Shown one piece after another: positions 1-14,135 of a stretch of 64,000 nt of DNA. The DNA lies in contig CAVNZM010000016.1 of the NCBI GenBank assembly GCA_963693365.1, positions 7,175,029-7,239,028 of the forward strand, given 5' to 3'. Every line of letters starts with the position of its first letter. The stretch's first letter is position 1. Made by a program: the position numbers and the translations under genes. The notes beneath the pieces were generated by a model. That model searched no databases. It was not told the origin of the DNA and was given only the letters and a program-made list of their open reading frames with translations. The stretch comes from Amoebidium appalachense. Taxonomy: Eukaryota > Protista > Ichthyosporea.

Positions 1-588
1 GATAGAGGCCACAAAGCAGCAAAGCAGAGTCGAAGATCAAAGGGAATATTTGTCATCCCAATGCATATGCCGTGAAAATGCCACCCCTCGGGTGTGGGGG
101 GAGGGGGGGGGGGGGGGGGAGGGGGGGAGGGAGGGAGGGAGGGAGGGAGGGAGGGAGGGAGGGGCCGGAGGGAGGGAGAGGGGGAGGGGGGGGGGGAGAG
201 AGAGAGAGAGAGAGAGAAGGCTTTCCATCACACAATTCAAGTTCCATTGATCACTCCTGTTCAATCCACGCACAACCGATTTCATACCCTTTTTTTTTAA
301 AAAACAATCGCTTGCCTATTTTCCTCAACACACAACCGTTTTCATATTCTCCTTCACAAACACACCACCACCTATATTCCCCACCCATCAAGACCCTTCT
401 TCTCTCAAACCCCCCAACCGCCCCGACAAGTACCACATATCGCCCCCATAAGAAAAACCATTTTATGTCCACATATTAGCAGTGCATAGCTCATGGACGA
501 CAAGACACATACATAATGAACAACGAACGGATTAATAAGTTTTCCGGTATTATCACATTGATATTCCATTTCTTTCTTTCTTTCTTTC

Positions 589-645
<57 letters not shown>

Positions 646-652
646 TCCATAC

Positions 653-1091
653 CACCAGCTGTGCGGCCTTAGCCAATGGCAGGGCCCCAGCAGCCACCAG
701 GGCGGAATATTCGCCCAATGAATGGCCAAGAACATAGCTGGCACCAGTGACAATGTCAGGGTGCTGCGTCTGGGGGGAATTTCATTATTAATATTTGCGT
801 GCATAGACTGCATTTTCGGGGGGGTGATTTTGGGGTGTGATTAGGAATGTGATTCTAGGGTGTGATTGAGATGTGATCCTAGGGTGTAACCTTTGATAAA
901 AGTCTTGGGATAGAGATAAAAGGGAGAACGGATGGGTGATATCATGCAGGTGGGGGTAATGTGGCAGCACACAGCAAGAAAAGAAAAAAACGTCGTGCCT
1001 GAATGTGTAGGCATGGTGGGAGGGTGAGAGTTGGGGGGGGGAAGGGATTCAGGCAGGATGCATATTAGCGTAGGGGATATTACCCGTTGCT

Positions 1092-1125
<34 letters not shown>

Positions 1126-1404
1126 CACACACACACTTTTTTTTCCCCCGGCAAAAACAGGAGTATCGCCGCATTCCTGACTCCCCCCTCTCTGATGCAA
1201 CCACCCAGAGACATCCTGCTACCTTACACCGTTCCTAATTGTAACCCCATTACCCTCCCCCCCCCCCCCCCCCCCCCCCCCTTCTCCAGGTCCGTGCCTT
1301 CTTAGCTACCCCTCCTCCCTTCCCTGGTTCCAAACACACACACTAGCGCAAACACCCACGCGCACTCGTATACATACCCACCCACACATCCGCACACCCA
1401 CACC

Positions 1405-1470
<66 letters not shown>

Positions 1471-1496
1471 GACACACACACACCCACCCACCAACA

Positions 1497-1545
<49 letters not shown>

Positions 1546-1552
1546 ACCAACA

Positions 1553-1621
<69 letters not shown>

Positions 1622-1957
1622 CCCCTACACATATCCTCAAACCTCATCACCAGTTCACCAACACCCCCCCCCCCCCCCCCCCCCCCCCCCTTCCCCTTTT
1701 TTTTTTTTTACCTTCTCATCTTTGAACACATCACTTTCACCCAATCACACACTTTCACCCACGAATTCCGCTTTCTTTCTACCACCATACAAATCTCAGC
1801 ATTTATAGGCGGGTGGGCGGGCAGAGGGGAGGGAGGGGTGGTGGTGAGGGGGGGGGGGGGGGGGGGGGGGGGGAGGTGTCTACTTTTACGGCTTCAAGGA
1901 GTGCAATGCTGTGGGCTAGGATGGCTGGCTGGGCATTTTCGGTGAGAATGAGCTTAT

Positions 1958-2026
<69 letters not shown>

Positions 2027-2180
2027 GTTCGCGTGCGTGTGTGTGTAGAAATAAGGTGATGGTATGGTAGAAGTTAGCACTTAAGGTGAGTAAGATGGTG
2101 TATGGTGCAGATTTAAGGGTGTGTGCATGGGATTGTTCAAAGGTCATGTCAAGGCATACAGTGTATCATGCCCCAGATAG

Positions 2181-2225
<45 letters not shown>

Positions 2226-3632
2226 CAAAAAAAAACCTGTGCCTCAGTCAACTTTTCTCCTACCTACCTTTATTTACCCCCCTCCCCCCTTGGCCCCCTC
2301 ACACCCCCACACCCACGCCCCCCCAACCCCCCTTCATATTGAAACAGATTTTGCGAGAGGAGGGAGAGACGTCCATCAAGACCACCACACCAGAGCCTCA
2401 CAAACCATTCCCGGCCTCACCCCCCCCCCCCCCCCCCCCCCCCTCCCCCCAGATGCCCCCCTTTCTCCCTCCCCCTCCCCCCCCAGGGCCGGAAAGAAAA
2501 AAAAAAAAAAAAAAAGGCATTAACAAAACCGAAAAACAAATAAACACGTAATTAAACACACCAATCACTACTCAGCACACCACTGCCAAACGAATTTAAG
2601 CTTTCGAAAACCTTGAGAACAAGAACCCCGCCACTAGAGACATACAACATGCTAAAATAGATCAACAAACGTTCAACAAGCCAATCAAGGTCATGAATAA
2701 AAACCTCTAAAACGAACCTCGGGCCCCTCGAACACGACTTTAGACAGATACTAGGTCCACGAACATACAACAAGCCAATCAAGTCATGCATTTAAACTTT
2801 AAAACTTACATCTGGCCCCTCGAACATGACTTTAGACAGTTTAAACCCGAGGGCCTCGTCGACCTCCTGCAGCACGTGATTTGCTGCTGGGTACTGTGTG
2901 CACAACTCACGGCCCATGCCTACTTTCTGTGTGCCCTGCCCGGGAAACACAAGCGCATACTTGCCCTGCAGCCCTGCAGCCTGTAAAGGGGGGAGGGGGG
3001 AAGGGGAGAGAGAGAGAGAGAGAGAGACAGAGAAGGGAGAGGGGAGACAGGAGGGCTGAGGAGGGCTGGGTGGGGGGGTGGGTGGATGGGGGATGGGGGG
3101 GATGTTAGTTCTCATCTGTACGAGAGCCAGATGGATAGGTGCAACCTTCATGCATGCCGTGAACACAATCAAATGATGTGTATGTGCAAACGAGACTATT
3201 CCAAAACTGATCCACAGGATGAAACCCTCATGCCTAAGCTGCAATAAGCCCCTAGGGGCTGTGAGAGCGATTTCCACATCACTGTCTAAAGATACTGCCT
3301 GCTCAGTAAAAAGCGGTCCATCTAGGCATTCACAGAGAACCATATTTAGGCTATGGGCTCTTTTTATACACACTTCATCAATGCACTTTCTACTAATACA
3401 GCGAGCAACACATGTTTTGTGAAACGAAGGTGCATGGACAGGTTTTTGCTGACAGGTAAACGATCGGCAGGCTTGCAAGGGAAAGGTTATAAAAGGAACA
3501 CAGAAATGGCGAAGGCAAACAGGCTGGAGAAACAAAAAGAAACATGGGCATGCTGCCTACCCCTTTGGAGAATGCTCGGCCCATGGGCCGGGCGAGGGCT
3601 GGACGAATGGTTGCTGAAACACGAGTGGCCAT
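653..3632 (-). CDS. MCAT: Malonyl-CoA:ACP transacylase (mitochondrial FabD/MCAT), 5' part; remaining exons presumably left of the window
   Basis: Spliced exons 3632-3561 (MATRVSATIRPALARPMGRAFSKG, presequence-like), 2980-2810 (YALVFPGQGTQKVGMG...FEGPD), 1958-1884 (LTENAQPAILAHS), 769-653 (VLGHSLGEYSALVAAG). All GT-AG and phase-compatible. FPGQG, TENAQPA and catalytic GHSLG motifs are diagnostic. An acceptor AG just upstream of the ATG implies a further upstream exon. Confidence 0.9.
2670..2840. repeat. Degenerate ~93-bp tandem duplication spanning the MCAT exon/intron boundary
   Basis: GGCCCCTCGAACAYGACTTTAGACAG at 2722 and 2815; CAAGCCAATCAAG at ~2677 and 2771. Confidence 0.75.
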
Positions 3633-4674
3633 GCTGAAGGGAAGAGGGAGGAGGAGGACCGGGGGGAGGGGGGGGGGGGGGGAGGGGGGGGAGGGGGGGG
3701 AGGGGGGGGAGGAGGTAAGAGATTCAGGCAAAGTATTAGCGGGCTATACGTACTTGAGATGTGTGCGAATGTGCAAGCAGTTGCATCTGTGCGAATAGGC
3801 TTAGCTTGAACGGGTGAACAGACTTGGGGTGTGTCCCAGTGCTGCGTGTGCAGGCAAAGATGTAAAACCTGTAGAAAGAATGTTCGCTGGAGTCGGGCTA
3901 GCCAGTTCACTATGCGCTCAAGCACCTTTGCGCAGGAATTTTTATGGGTGGAATGCTGTGCGCTTTTTCAAGCCCCCACATATCCGTGTGTGCATATGCA
4001 GCTGGTGCCTGTGCGCAAGCTCCACGTTCTCATATCTGCAAGCGAGGTGATGATTCCGCGCACCAGATCTCGGCCATCATCTACAGCTAAGAAAATTTCT
4101 CTATGTTTTACATCATGGCAAAACACTGATCGAATTTCTGTAAAGATCCTGTCTGCGGGTTTTTCAAAGGCAAAAAGACACCAAGGGCAACCTGCCTTGC
4201 GGGCTGTGGAGTCTCTGGTTATCCGTGAAAAGGCTCGGGGAACTCGCTTGGCGTAAGCGCTTACACAGTTCCCACAAGATGAAAATACATGCAGCTAGAG
4301 CGACTCTATAATCTGTAAGGTTGAACAGTTGTTGACTTTCATGAATAGACGGCATATATCGGGTGTTAAAGTGGAAGTGCTGTAACCCTACAAAGTAAAA
4401 GCGTACGTTTGAAAGTGATAGTGGTGGTTGTGGCCGTTTTGTGGTTTTTAAATTTTGTGGCCGAGGGACCGAGGGAAGATGAGCACCACCTGTTTGCGCA
4501 ATCAGGCATCTGATTGGTTACTGATACGAGAAAAATAGTGATTAGATAAATCTGTATCGCCTTACGCAAGGCTACACAGAACAAAACGATTCTGTGAGCC
4601 CATATTTGTTTCAGTGTTTCTTATTTTTGTTTACCATCCACTCTAGATCTGCGGAAAATAAGTACACCCCAAGC

Positions 4675-5537
4675 ATGCTGCTGCACCTTCTGCCGCTGCT
4701 GCGCACTAAGCGCATAGTCTTAGCCAGCGGCTCTCCGCGAAGGCAAGAGCTGCTTGCCACAATAGTAAAAAGACCCCCCCCCGCCCCCCCCCCCCTTCCC
4801 TCCTCCCCTCCCTCCCTCCCTCCCTCCCTCCCTCCCTCCCCAACCACAGCTCGAGCTTTCTCTACCGAAGCTCTGGCCAATTTCTGCCTTTATGACTACT
4901 TACCACTATAAACCTTATTTCTTTCCCATATGTTTCACACGCGTCGCTGTACGATGCTGAGATTCATCACACTGAGCGCAGCGCCCACATATACATACAC
5001 ACCCATACATCTAACTAAACAGGTTCGAATCAATACAGGTCTATGGCTGTAGCAGTTGTGTGAACCGACATCAAAGAGCACGAATGTAACGTAGAAAAAT
5101 CATCTCAGAAAAATGGATAAAATTAACAAATCAAACCTGCATAAACCCTAGCGCCCACAGTTGTGGAACCAGAACGTTTACCTGTTCAATCCAGCAGCAA
5201 AGTGTTGGCAGTTCCATGCCTAAGCCAACGTGGGCCATGGGAGGCTCCCTATATCGTGAATTGACACATCCCTATTACATAGTTGAGTTTCGTTTGGAAA
5301 TAAACGGTATCTGTGGGGAGAAAGGGCCACAGTATGCTGACTCTGAATCACTCATCGTCACACTCACATTTACATACAGAGGTATATGCTACATGTACGT
5401 GTAGGCGCGTGCATAAACGACCAACACATCAACTAAAACACACACAAATACACGCACACCTACACAAAGCAGGCGTGCACACACAAACAAGCACACACAC
5501 GCGCACACACACACCAAAGCAGGCACGCATGCACTCG

Positions 5538-5575
<38 letters not shown>

Positions 5576-6330
5576 CCACAAACACACACACACACAGGGT
5601 CTCTCCGTTGATGTTATTCCCTCCGCATTCGAGGAAAACCTCGATAAGTCTACCCATACCCCCACCGAATATGTTGTCGCTACGGCACGAGGGAAAGCTT
5701 TGGAGGTTGCCGACCGACTAGAGGTGAGGACAAAGATGCTTCATGTGGTGGGGGCAAACCAAACAATTGTTATTATTTACTAATGATAGCTAATAGTTAT
5801 TTCTCCTGAAGGGCCCGAACTCAACGTGCGATTTAATTCTCTAGGGGTGTGTTCTAATTGCGTCGTATTATCTCTCTTCTAGGCTGTGCCATACCTTTCT
5901 AACATTGGAGATTTGGTTGTGTTCCGAACGGCAACGAGGAAGTAGAAAGGGGATAAGGGGTAAGGGGATGAGGTGGATCTAGCGTTGCGTCTAAATCCAT
6001 CGCGCTCGTCCTACCCCCCACCCTATCCCTTCACCTCTCCCCCTTGTTTCTCTTGGCCTTCATATACAAATTGTGTGAGTGTAGATTACACCCCACATTC
6101 TTACAAGTGTGTGTGGTGATGTCTACGTTTATGTATTGTTATTTGTGGACTGTGTATAGCAATTATCAGCTGCTGCCTGTTTACTGTGTGTTGGAGTTTA
6201 GATCACGTGCATGGCTCGTTCTCCGGTAGTTCGTATGGTTGGTTGAGGCTTGCTTGGTGAGGTTAGTATGTGTGTGTGCACGTGAAGATGCCCCGGTGAG
6301 TGTCTGTGTCTGTGTCTCTGTGTGTGTGTG

Positions 6331-6394
<64 letters not shown>

Positions 6395-6569
6395 TGTGTG
6401 TGTACCGGTGTTTGTGTGCATGCATGGTTGCGGGTCGGGGGCAGACGGGCGGGAATGGGTATGGGTCTGGGGGGGCGTGGATGCGGGTCTGGTCCCGTCT
6501 GGTTCTCCCTCCCCCCCCCCCCCCCGCCCCCCGCCCGCCCCTTCTTCGTCTTCCTGTTTTTTCCAATAG

Positions 6570-6628
<59 letters not shown>

Positions 6629-6764
6629 GGTGGGGAGGGATATATGTACAGTTGGATACAGTAAGGAATGTGTTGAGGAGGAGTGACTGATACTTGTTTC
6701 TGTTCAGAGAGAGGAACGGACTCCTGACCTGCTGATTGGTGCAGATACAGTGGTGGTACGTGTC

Positions 6765-6839
<75 letters not shown>

Positions 6840-7123
6840 TCTGTCTGTGTGATGTGTGTGTGTGGGCTGGGTGGGTTGTGTGTGTTTCGTGAATCTGTGA
6901 TGCTCTCTGCTCTGTATTTGTTGTATTTACACGGGACATTTTCTTAATACTTTTAGCATATACAGAGTTCATGTGTGGTTTATTCGTATGGATGGAACGG
7001 CTCGTGTTGATGTTTTTCCTTTTTTTTTTTCTTCTTTTTTTTTTCTTGCCCGTTTCTCTTTCCCTTTAATTTTTTTTTCTTTTTTTTTTCTTTTTTTAGT
7101 TTTTTTTTTTATTCTTTCTTATT

Positions 7124-7154
<31 letters not shown>

Positions 7155-7185
7155 CTCGGGGGATCGGTGTGTGTGTGTGTGTGGT

Positions 7186-7242
<57 letters not shown>

Positions 7243-7646
7243 TGTGTAGTGGTGCATGTACGTGCTTGTTTGTTGGTAACCTTGCAAGAGTGTGTCACCC
7301 CTACCGTGCCCCTTTCCTCCTACGTTAATTTACCTGTACATACATCTGTGTGCCAGTTAGGGCACGTTAGTCTTATCCCACAACACTCTTTGCATGGTTT
7401 CTATGTAGCAGCTCCCCCCTCCCCCCCTCCCCCGCTCCGCCCTCGCCGCCACCCCCCTCCCCACACACTTTCTTGCAACATATGTGTCCTATTGCACATG
7501 CCACGTTATTTTCGTTTGATCTGCTCTTTCCTCCATAATGCACATGAAACCCACAGGTTCAGTCAGATCCTTCTTTCCCTGACACTCTCTGTTTCCTGAT
7601 ACACTCATTCTCCTTGTCCCAAACGCGCATTGCACATGCGCACGCG

Positions 7647-7739
<93 letters not shown>

Positions 7740-8395
7740 AGTAGATGAACACATCATGGAGAAACCCTCCGACCGTGCCCATGCTCTGGAAATGATCAAA
7801 AGTCTTAGCGGACGCAGTCACTACGTGGTTACAGGTGTGTGTGGGTGTGGGTGGGTGGGTGGGTGGGTGGGTGTTTTTTTTGGGGGGGCGTGGTTGCTTG
7901 GGGAAGGGGGGGGGGGGGGGGGGGGGAGGGGGGGGGGGGGGGGGCGGGGGGGTTGGACGGGTAGGGGTGTGGCTGGGTGGGTGGGTGTGAGAAGTGTGTG
8001 GATTGGTGAGTGTGTGGGACTTGGAGTGGGGGGAGGGGGGGGGGGGGGGGGAGGGAGGATAGGGAGGGACGGGGAGCATGATAGTTCAGATCCCCACTTC
8101 TTAAGATTTACCTGCCTAGTGTGCAGCAAGAGCTGACTGGCACGATGTAGGTGTGATTCTTGTCCAATGGGGTCACCCCGATGGCCGCAGGGTGGTTGAA
8201 TTCCACGAACAGACAAAGGTGCGTGCCAGGCGCCCATAAGATCCCCCCCCCTTCTCCTCCCCCCCCCCCCCCCCCCCTCCACCGTCGCCCCTCCCCCCCC
8301 TCTCGCCCTCCCCCCCCCCCTTTTCATGCCATACATGCAATCACCCAGTCTGCATGCCACATATACACACTCCCTCTTTTCCTCTTTCTCTCAGA

Positions 8396-8469
<74 letters not shown>

Positions 8470-8638
8470 CGTGCGTGCGTATGTCTGTGTGAGTCACATG
8501 CATGCACATTTGTTGTGGTTCTGTCAAAAGAACACTTTGCCTACGCAGATGTATGCCATGACGTGTGCATGTGTCTCCCTATCTGGTATGCCTCCCATGC
8601 TCTGAGTCCACAGGGTTTCAGAGCGGGCGCGCGCGCGT

Positions 8639-8675
<37 letters not shown>

Positions 8676-9007
8676 CGCGCGTGCGTGTGTGCGCGCGTGC
8701 GTGCGTGCGTATGTCTGTGTGAGTCACATGCATGCACATTTTTGTGGTTCTGTCAAAACAACACTTTGCCTACGCAGATGTATGCCATGACGTGTGCATG
8801 TGTCTCCCTATCTGGTATGCCTCCCATGCTCTGAGTCCACAGGGTTTCAGCCAGAGACCCAGACCACATCATAACAGGCCCCCTGCCATCCCACACCAAC
8901 CACTTCATCTGTTTGCTTATGCAGCTAGAACTGAGCCTCCCCTCCCCTGCTTCCTTCCTCTCTTCTAAACACACACAAACATGCACATGCACACACACAC
9001 GCGCGCG

Positions 9008-9064
<57 letters not shown>

Positions 9065-9102
9065 ATATGCACATGCACGCGCGCACACACACACACACAC
9101 GT

Positions 9103-9145
<43 letters not shown>

Positions 9146-10003
9146 GTACAGGTGACATTTGCCGAGCTGAGTGAGGAAGAGATCACTGCCTATGTGGACT
9201 CGGGAGAGCCCATGTGAGTGCCCTCCCCCTCCTCCTCCCCCTCCCCTTCCCCCATGTGCCTGCCTGCCCGCCCACACGCACGCACACACACACACACATA
9301 CACACACGGTCTCTCTCTCTCTCTTTCTCTCTCTCCCTCCCCCCCCCCCCCCCCCCCCCCCACACACTTTCTCTCTCCCCCCTCCCTCTCTCCACCTCCC
9401 CCTCCCCCCCCCCCCCCCCTCTCCCTCCCGGCCCACCCTCTCTCTCTCTCTCATATGTACGTACACACACGCACACGCACACACGTGCACACACACACAT
9501 GCACACGTGTATCCCTCCTCTGATATCTGCCCACCCAGCACTAACTGGGATCAATAAAAACTCTTGCGCCATTCACCCCACTTGTGTCTGTGAGCTAGGT
9601 ATGCCACATTTTTGGAGTGACCGCTTATGCGATAACTCATGGGCACTGTACGATTCATGTGAGTCTTGATTGGCCAAAAATCATGCATGTTGTGTGTCTC
9701 TGACCCACCCATTGCTGAGCACAGGCAGTGTACACGGATATAAGGACCTAAGCACGTGCACTCTGATTCAGGGACATTAGCAATATGGGCACTTCGTTTC
9801 ACACACCCAGTACATAATCCCCCCCTCTCCCTCCCCCCCGTCTCTGTCTTTCGAACTTATTGACCGCCCACCCCCACCCATCCCTTTCCTTACGACATTA
9901 ACACCCTCCCCCCCCCCCCAAAAAAAACTCTCCCTTGCCTTCGAAGCACATAAATCCCCCCCCCCCCCCCCCCCCCCCCTCTTCCCCGCACTGCTCCCCT
10001 CGC

Positions 10004-10034
<31 letters not shown>

Positions 10035-10203
10035 ACACACACACACCTGTTCTTACACCCCCCATCACAGGGACAAGGCGGGGGGCTATGGTATACAGGG
10101 GCTGGGGGGTGCCCTCGTGCAGTCACTGGATGGCTGCTACTTTAACGTGGTGGGGTTTCCAGTGCACAGTTTCTGCAGACACGTGGCTGACATGTATGCC
10201 TAG
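4675..10203 (+). CDS. Maf/YhdE-family nucleoside triphosphate pyrophosphatase (ASMTL N-terminal-like), ~207 aa, 7 exons
   Basis: Exons 4675-4764, 5598-5723, 6708-6755, 7738-7834, 8151-8218, 9152-9213, 10071-10203 join in frame. Motifs [52 protein letters not shown]. Head-to-head with MCAT. Confidence 0.93.
8456..8850. repeat. Near-identical ~229-bp tandem duplication in Maf intron 5
   Basis: TACGCAGATGTATGCCATGACG... at 8542 and 8771; both units end CCACAGGGTTTCAG. Confidence 0.85.
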
Positions 10204-10846
10204 TCCCATGCATCTACACGTGCACACACATCTATTCGTGCACACACACACACATGCACACATCATTCCTCTCTCTCCCTCCCCCTCCCCCCGAACACAC
10301 ACACGTACACACACGTACACGCATATGGGCGCGCACACACGCGCGCGCGCCCAGACATGCGCACACGTGCATCAGTACATCCACGTACCTACACGTTTTA
10401 CCTGGTTTAACCCATACATACTGTGCTAACACCCTTGCAAATAGGTCACTGATTGATCTCAGTTGTTTCCAGGTGCCCGAAAATCCGAACTCTTTACCCT
10501 GTATGAATGTGTCCTGACAGCTTTGTATTACAGCTAATATCGGTGTTTAATGGGATGAGGCAAGACAGTGGTTTCGTACCGTCATGTCAGTTTAGCACTT
10601 GCCAAGGGCTTGTGTGTTGATTTTTATCGTGTTCTCTGCAATTGTGTGTTGGGCTCCCCCCCGGAGACGGGGGGGGTTTATGTTTTTGATTTATTAGGCA
10701 ACACCAGCCTGGCATATCTGGCAGTATATACTCAAGAGCAGTATGTGATAGTATGTTCAGTCATGATAAATGACACGTCTAGTATGTATGAAGAGTGGGG
10801 TGAGAGAGCCGCAGTGCAAGGCAAATAAAGACTTCCGGAGAATCGG

Positions 10847-10903
<57 letters not shown>

Positions 10904-11074
10904 AGGTGTGTGCGCGCATGGTCACTGTATATGTATACGTGTGTGCATGTGTTTGTGTGTTAGTGTGTGTGTTTGTGTCCATGTTGTGTGTATTTGTGGC
11001 TGACACCATGATCTTACTGCCTAAATGTCCGTGGGTGGGTAATTGTGGTTTCGTCCGTGTGCCCGTGCTTGTGT

Positions 11075-11129
<55 letters not shown>

Positions 11130-11134
<5 letters not shown>

Positions 11135-11187
11135 ATAGGAGTTAGCAAACCAATGGTAGCTGGTGTGTATGGTTGGGGTGTTGATGT

Positions 11188-11235
<48 letters not shown>

Positions 11236-11290
11236 ATAGGAGTTAACAAACCAATGGTAGCTGGTGTGTATGGTTGGGGTGTTGATGTGT

Positions 11291-11321
<31 letters not shown>

Positions 11322-11330
11322 GGGGGGGGG
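11130..11330. repeat. ~101-bp direct tandem duplication
   Basis: GGACATAGGAGTTARCAAACCAATGGTAGCTGGTGTGTATGGTTGGGGTGTTGATG-(TG)n-polyG occurs at 11131 and 11232. Confidence 0.85.
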
Positions 11331-11854
11331 GGAGGGGGCGAGGGGAGGAGGGGAGGGGGGAGGGGGGGGAACACATGCAGGGGGCCCGAAGGGGAAACAG
11401 ATGGGGAAACAGATACAAGGTGGGTAGCACTAAGCTTTGAAGCATTATGGAGGAGGCCGGAAAACAGGGAGGGTGATATGAGGGAGGATGAAACGAGGGA
11501 GGATGAAATTAAAGCTTTAAGGGAGAATGGAAACAAACTTGGTATAGAAGCAAGGAACACGGTGTGAGGACAGGAAGCAGGGTGGCACATGTGTGCAGGT
11601 GGGTGTGTTTCAGTGTGTTTGGGTTGGGAGGCGGGAAGGAGGGATACGCAAGGTGAGAGAGGGAGGAGAAATTGTGTAAGTGAGTGCGTGTTAGACAAGG
11701 CAGGGGGGAGGGGGAGGAGGGGGGGGAGCGGGGGGTTTCGAAAAGTTTAATATTGAGTTAGGAGAAATTGCGAAATAGGGAAGTGGAGGTGAGGATGATG
11801 AAGGGGTTTCGGGGAAGGGGGGGGAGGCCGGGGGGGGGGGGGGGGGGGGGGGGA

Positions 11855-11996
11855 TTTGAATGCGGAACACGGTACGAAGTACGCGTACACGATGAGAAGC
11901 ATGGTGCAGGACACATGCAAAGGCAAACATTCAAGTAATGCAACATCAGCCATGCGCACAGTATGCGTCGTAAGCAGAGCCCATCCTCAGGGAGGG
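11855..11996 (-). mobile_element. 5'-truncated copy of structured intronic repeat family (subfamily A)
   Basis: Nearly identical to 14137-14277; flanked by poly-G on the + strand. Confidence 0.85.
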
Positions 11997-12129
11997 AACA
12001 AAAGGGGGAGGGGGGGGGGGGGGGGGGGGGGGGGAGGATATGGAGGAGACACCAGAGGACAACAACAAAACGTCACAAAAATGAGAAACCCGAAATCAAA
12101 CAACGTAAAGTGTGCATGGAGGGAGGGGG

Positions 12130-12163
<34 letters not shown>

Positions 12164-12609
12164 CTGCAAGGGAAGCTTCATGGCACGGCAACAGTGAAGG
12201 TGTGGGATTTGTTGAAGGAGGGAAGGATACACTCACATGCACGGTGACCTTGTCTTTGCCCCCAGAGGGTGTACTCGGTTGTTTGTCCCTATGCATGTTA
12301 TTGTGTTGTTTGCTGGTTGTTGCAATTGGTTGGAGGGTAATGATAGTATGTCTGGTGTCTGACGTATCTGGGGGATGTGGGTGTGGTTTTAGGTTGGTGT
12401 TAGAGCTTGGTGTGTGGATGGGGGAATGGTATTACGTTGCTATAGACGGGTAGATGTGTGGGCGGGGTTTTGGGAGGGGGTTTATGGGGTAGGTCTGTGA
12501 GTGGGGAAGACAGGTCGATGTAAAGCATGGGTATGACGCAGGTAGGAGAGGAGTGTAGAATGGTGAGTGCAAAACGGTGTGGGGTGCTTAGTGAACGCCA
12601 GAGGCAATG

Positions 12610-12870
12610 GAGAGCCGGGGGGTGGGGGAAGGGAAAGAGAGGGGGGGGGGGGGGGGGGGGGGGGGAGAGAGAGAGAGAGAGACAAAGAGAGAGAGAGAGG
12701 AGGACGAGGGGCCAGGGGAGAGAGGGAGAGAGAGGGGTGTGGGAGGAAGGGGGAGGGGGAGGGGGGAGAGAATGGGGAGAGAATGGTGAGGGAGGAAGGC
12801 GGGGAGAGAGAGGGAGGGAGAGAGGTGGGGAAAGGGGGGGGGGAGGGGGGAGGGGGAGGAGAGAGAGAAT

Positions 12871-12903
<33 letters not shown>

Positions 12904-13562
12904 GGGAGGGGTAGTCAGAGAGAGAGAGAGAGAGAGGAGGACGAGGGGCCAGGGGGGAGAGGGAGAGAGAGGGGAGTGGGGAGGGAGGGGGGAAGGGGGG
13001 GGGAGGTAGTAGAGTGAGAGAGAGAGAAGGGGGAGGGAAGGTAGGAGCCGGGAGAGAGAAGGCAAGAGAGAAGGGAGAGGGGAAGGGGGGAGGGGGGAGA
13101 GAATGGGGAGAGAATGGGGAGGGAGGGGGGTGGGGAGTGAGGGAGAGAGGGAGAGAGAAGGTGGGGGAAGGGAGGGGGAGGGAGAGAGAGATAGAGGTGG
13201 GGGTGGGAGGGGAGGGGCGAGAGAGGAGGACGAGGGGAGGGGGGGAGAGGGGGGGGAGGGAGGGGTAGAGTGAGAGAGAGAAGGGGGAGGAAGGGGGGAG
13301 CCGTGAGAGAGAGAGAGAGAGAGAGGAGAAGGGGGAGGGGGAAGGGGGGAGAAAACGGGGAGGGAGGGGGGCGGGGAGAGAGAGGTCGGAGGGGGAAAGA
13401 GAAGGTGGGGGAAGAGGGGGGAAGAGAGAGAGATATTGGGGAGGGAAGGAAGGGGGGGGGGGGGGGGGGGGGGGGAGAGGGAAAGAGAGACAAGGAGAGG
13501 AAGGGGGGGGGGGGGGGGGGGAGCGAGAGAGCGAGAGAGAAGGGGGGGAGGGGGGGAGGGGG
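12610..13562. repeat. ~950-bp purine-rich (G/A) low-complexity tract with internal degenerate repeats
   Basis: Almost only G and A on +. GAGGAGGACGAGGGG recurs at ~12697, 12934, 13223; GAGAGAATGGGGAGAGAATGG recurs at ~12766 and 13097. Confidence 0.85.
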
Positions 13563-14135
13563 ACGGATGAGCAGCAGTAATATCGGGGGGGAAAACAGGT
13601 GCTTTCTAAATAACTCCTCCCCTCCCCCGCCCCCTCCCTCTCCCTCTCCCTCCGATCCCCCACCGTTCCTTCTGAGCTCTCAACCATCTCTCTCTCTCTC
13701 CCTCTCTCCCTCTCTCTCTCTCTGTTTACCCCCCCCCCCCCCCCCCCCCATTCCCTTGGTGTTGCTCTTTGCCTAAATTCCCCTGCACACACCATCACCT
13801 CCGCCTCAACCCATGGACCCCCCCCCCCCCCCCCCCCCCGGCCCTTCCCCCCTCATCACAGTCACATTCCTCCCACAGACACACACACAAAGAGAGAGAG
13901 ACAGAGAAATAGACCTGTTTACTCGCCCTTTTTTACTCCCTCACCTTCCCCCCTCTCACCCACTCACCCTTCCCCTAAACACACACCCACATACACAGCC
14001 ACCACCACCACCACACACACCCTACACGTATACACCGTCACCACCTCCACAGGGCGAGTGGACTAAATAGACACATTATCCTTCCCAGAATGGTCGGGGA
14101 CAAGATACAAACAAACAGGAGGTGGGTGGGGGGGG

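Noticed and set aside
3750-4600. Short ORFs on both strands between MCAT and Maf
   Set aside because: No recognisable homology; more simply 5' UTR and bidirectional promoter sequence.
6572-6630. Very long pure G/C homopolymers as precise functional (G-quadruplex) elements
   Set aside because: Length and purity of such runs are unreliable in assemblies and cannot be validated without reads.
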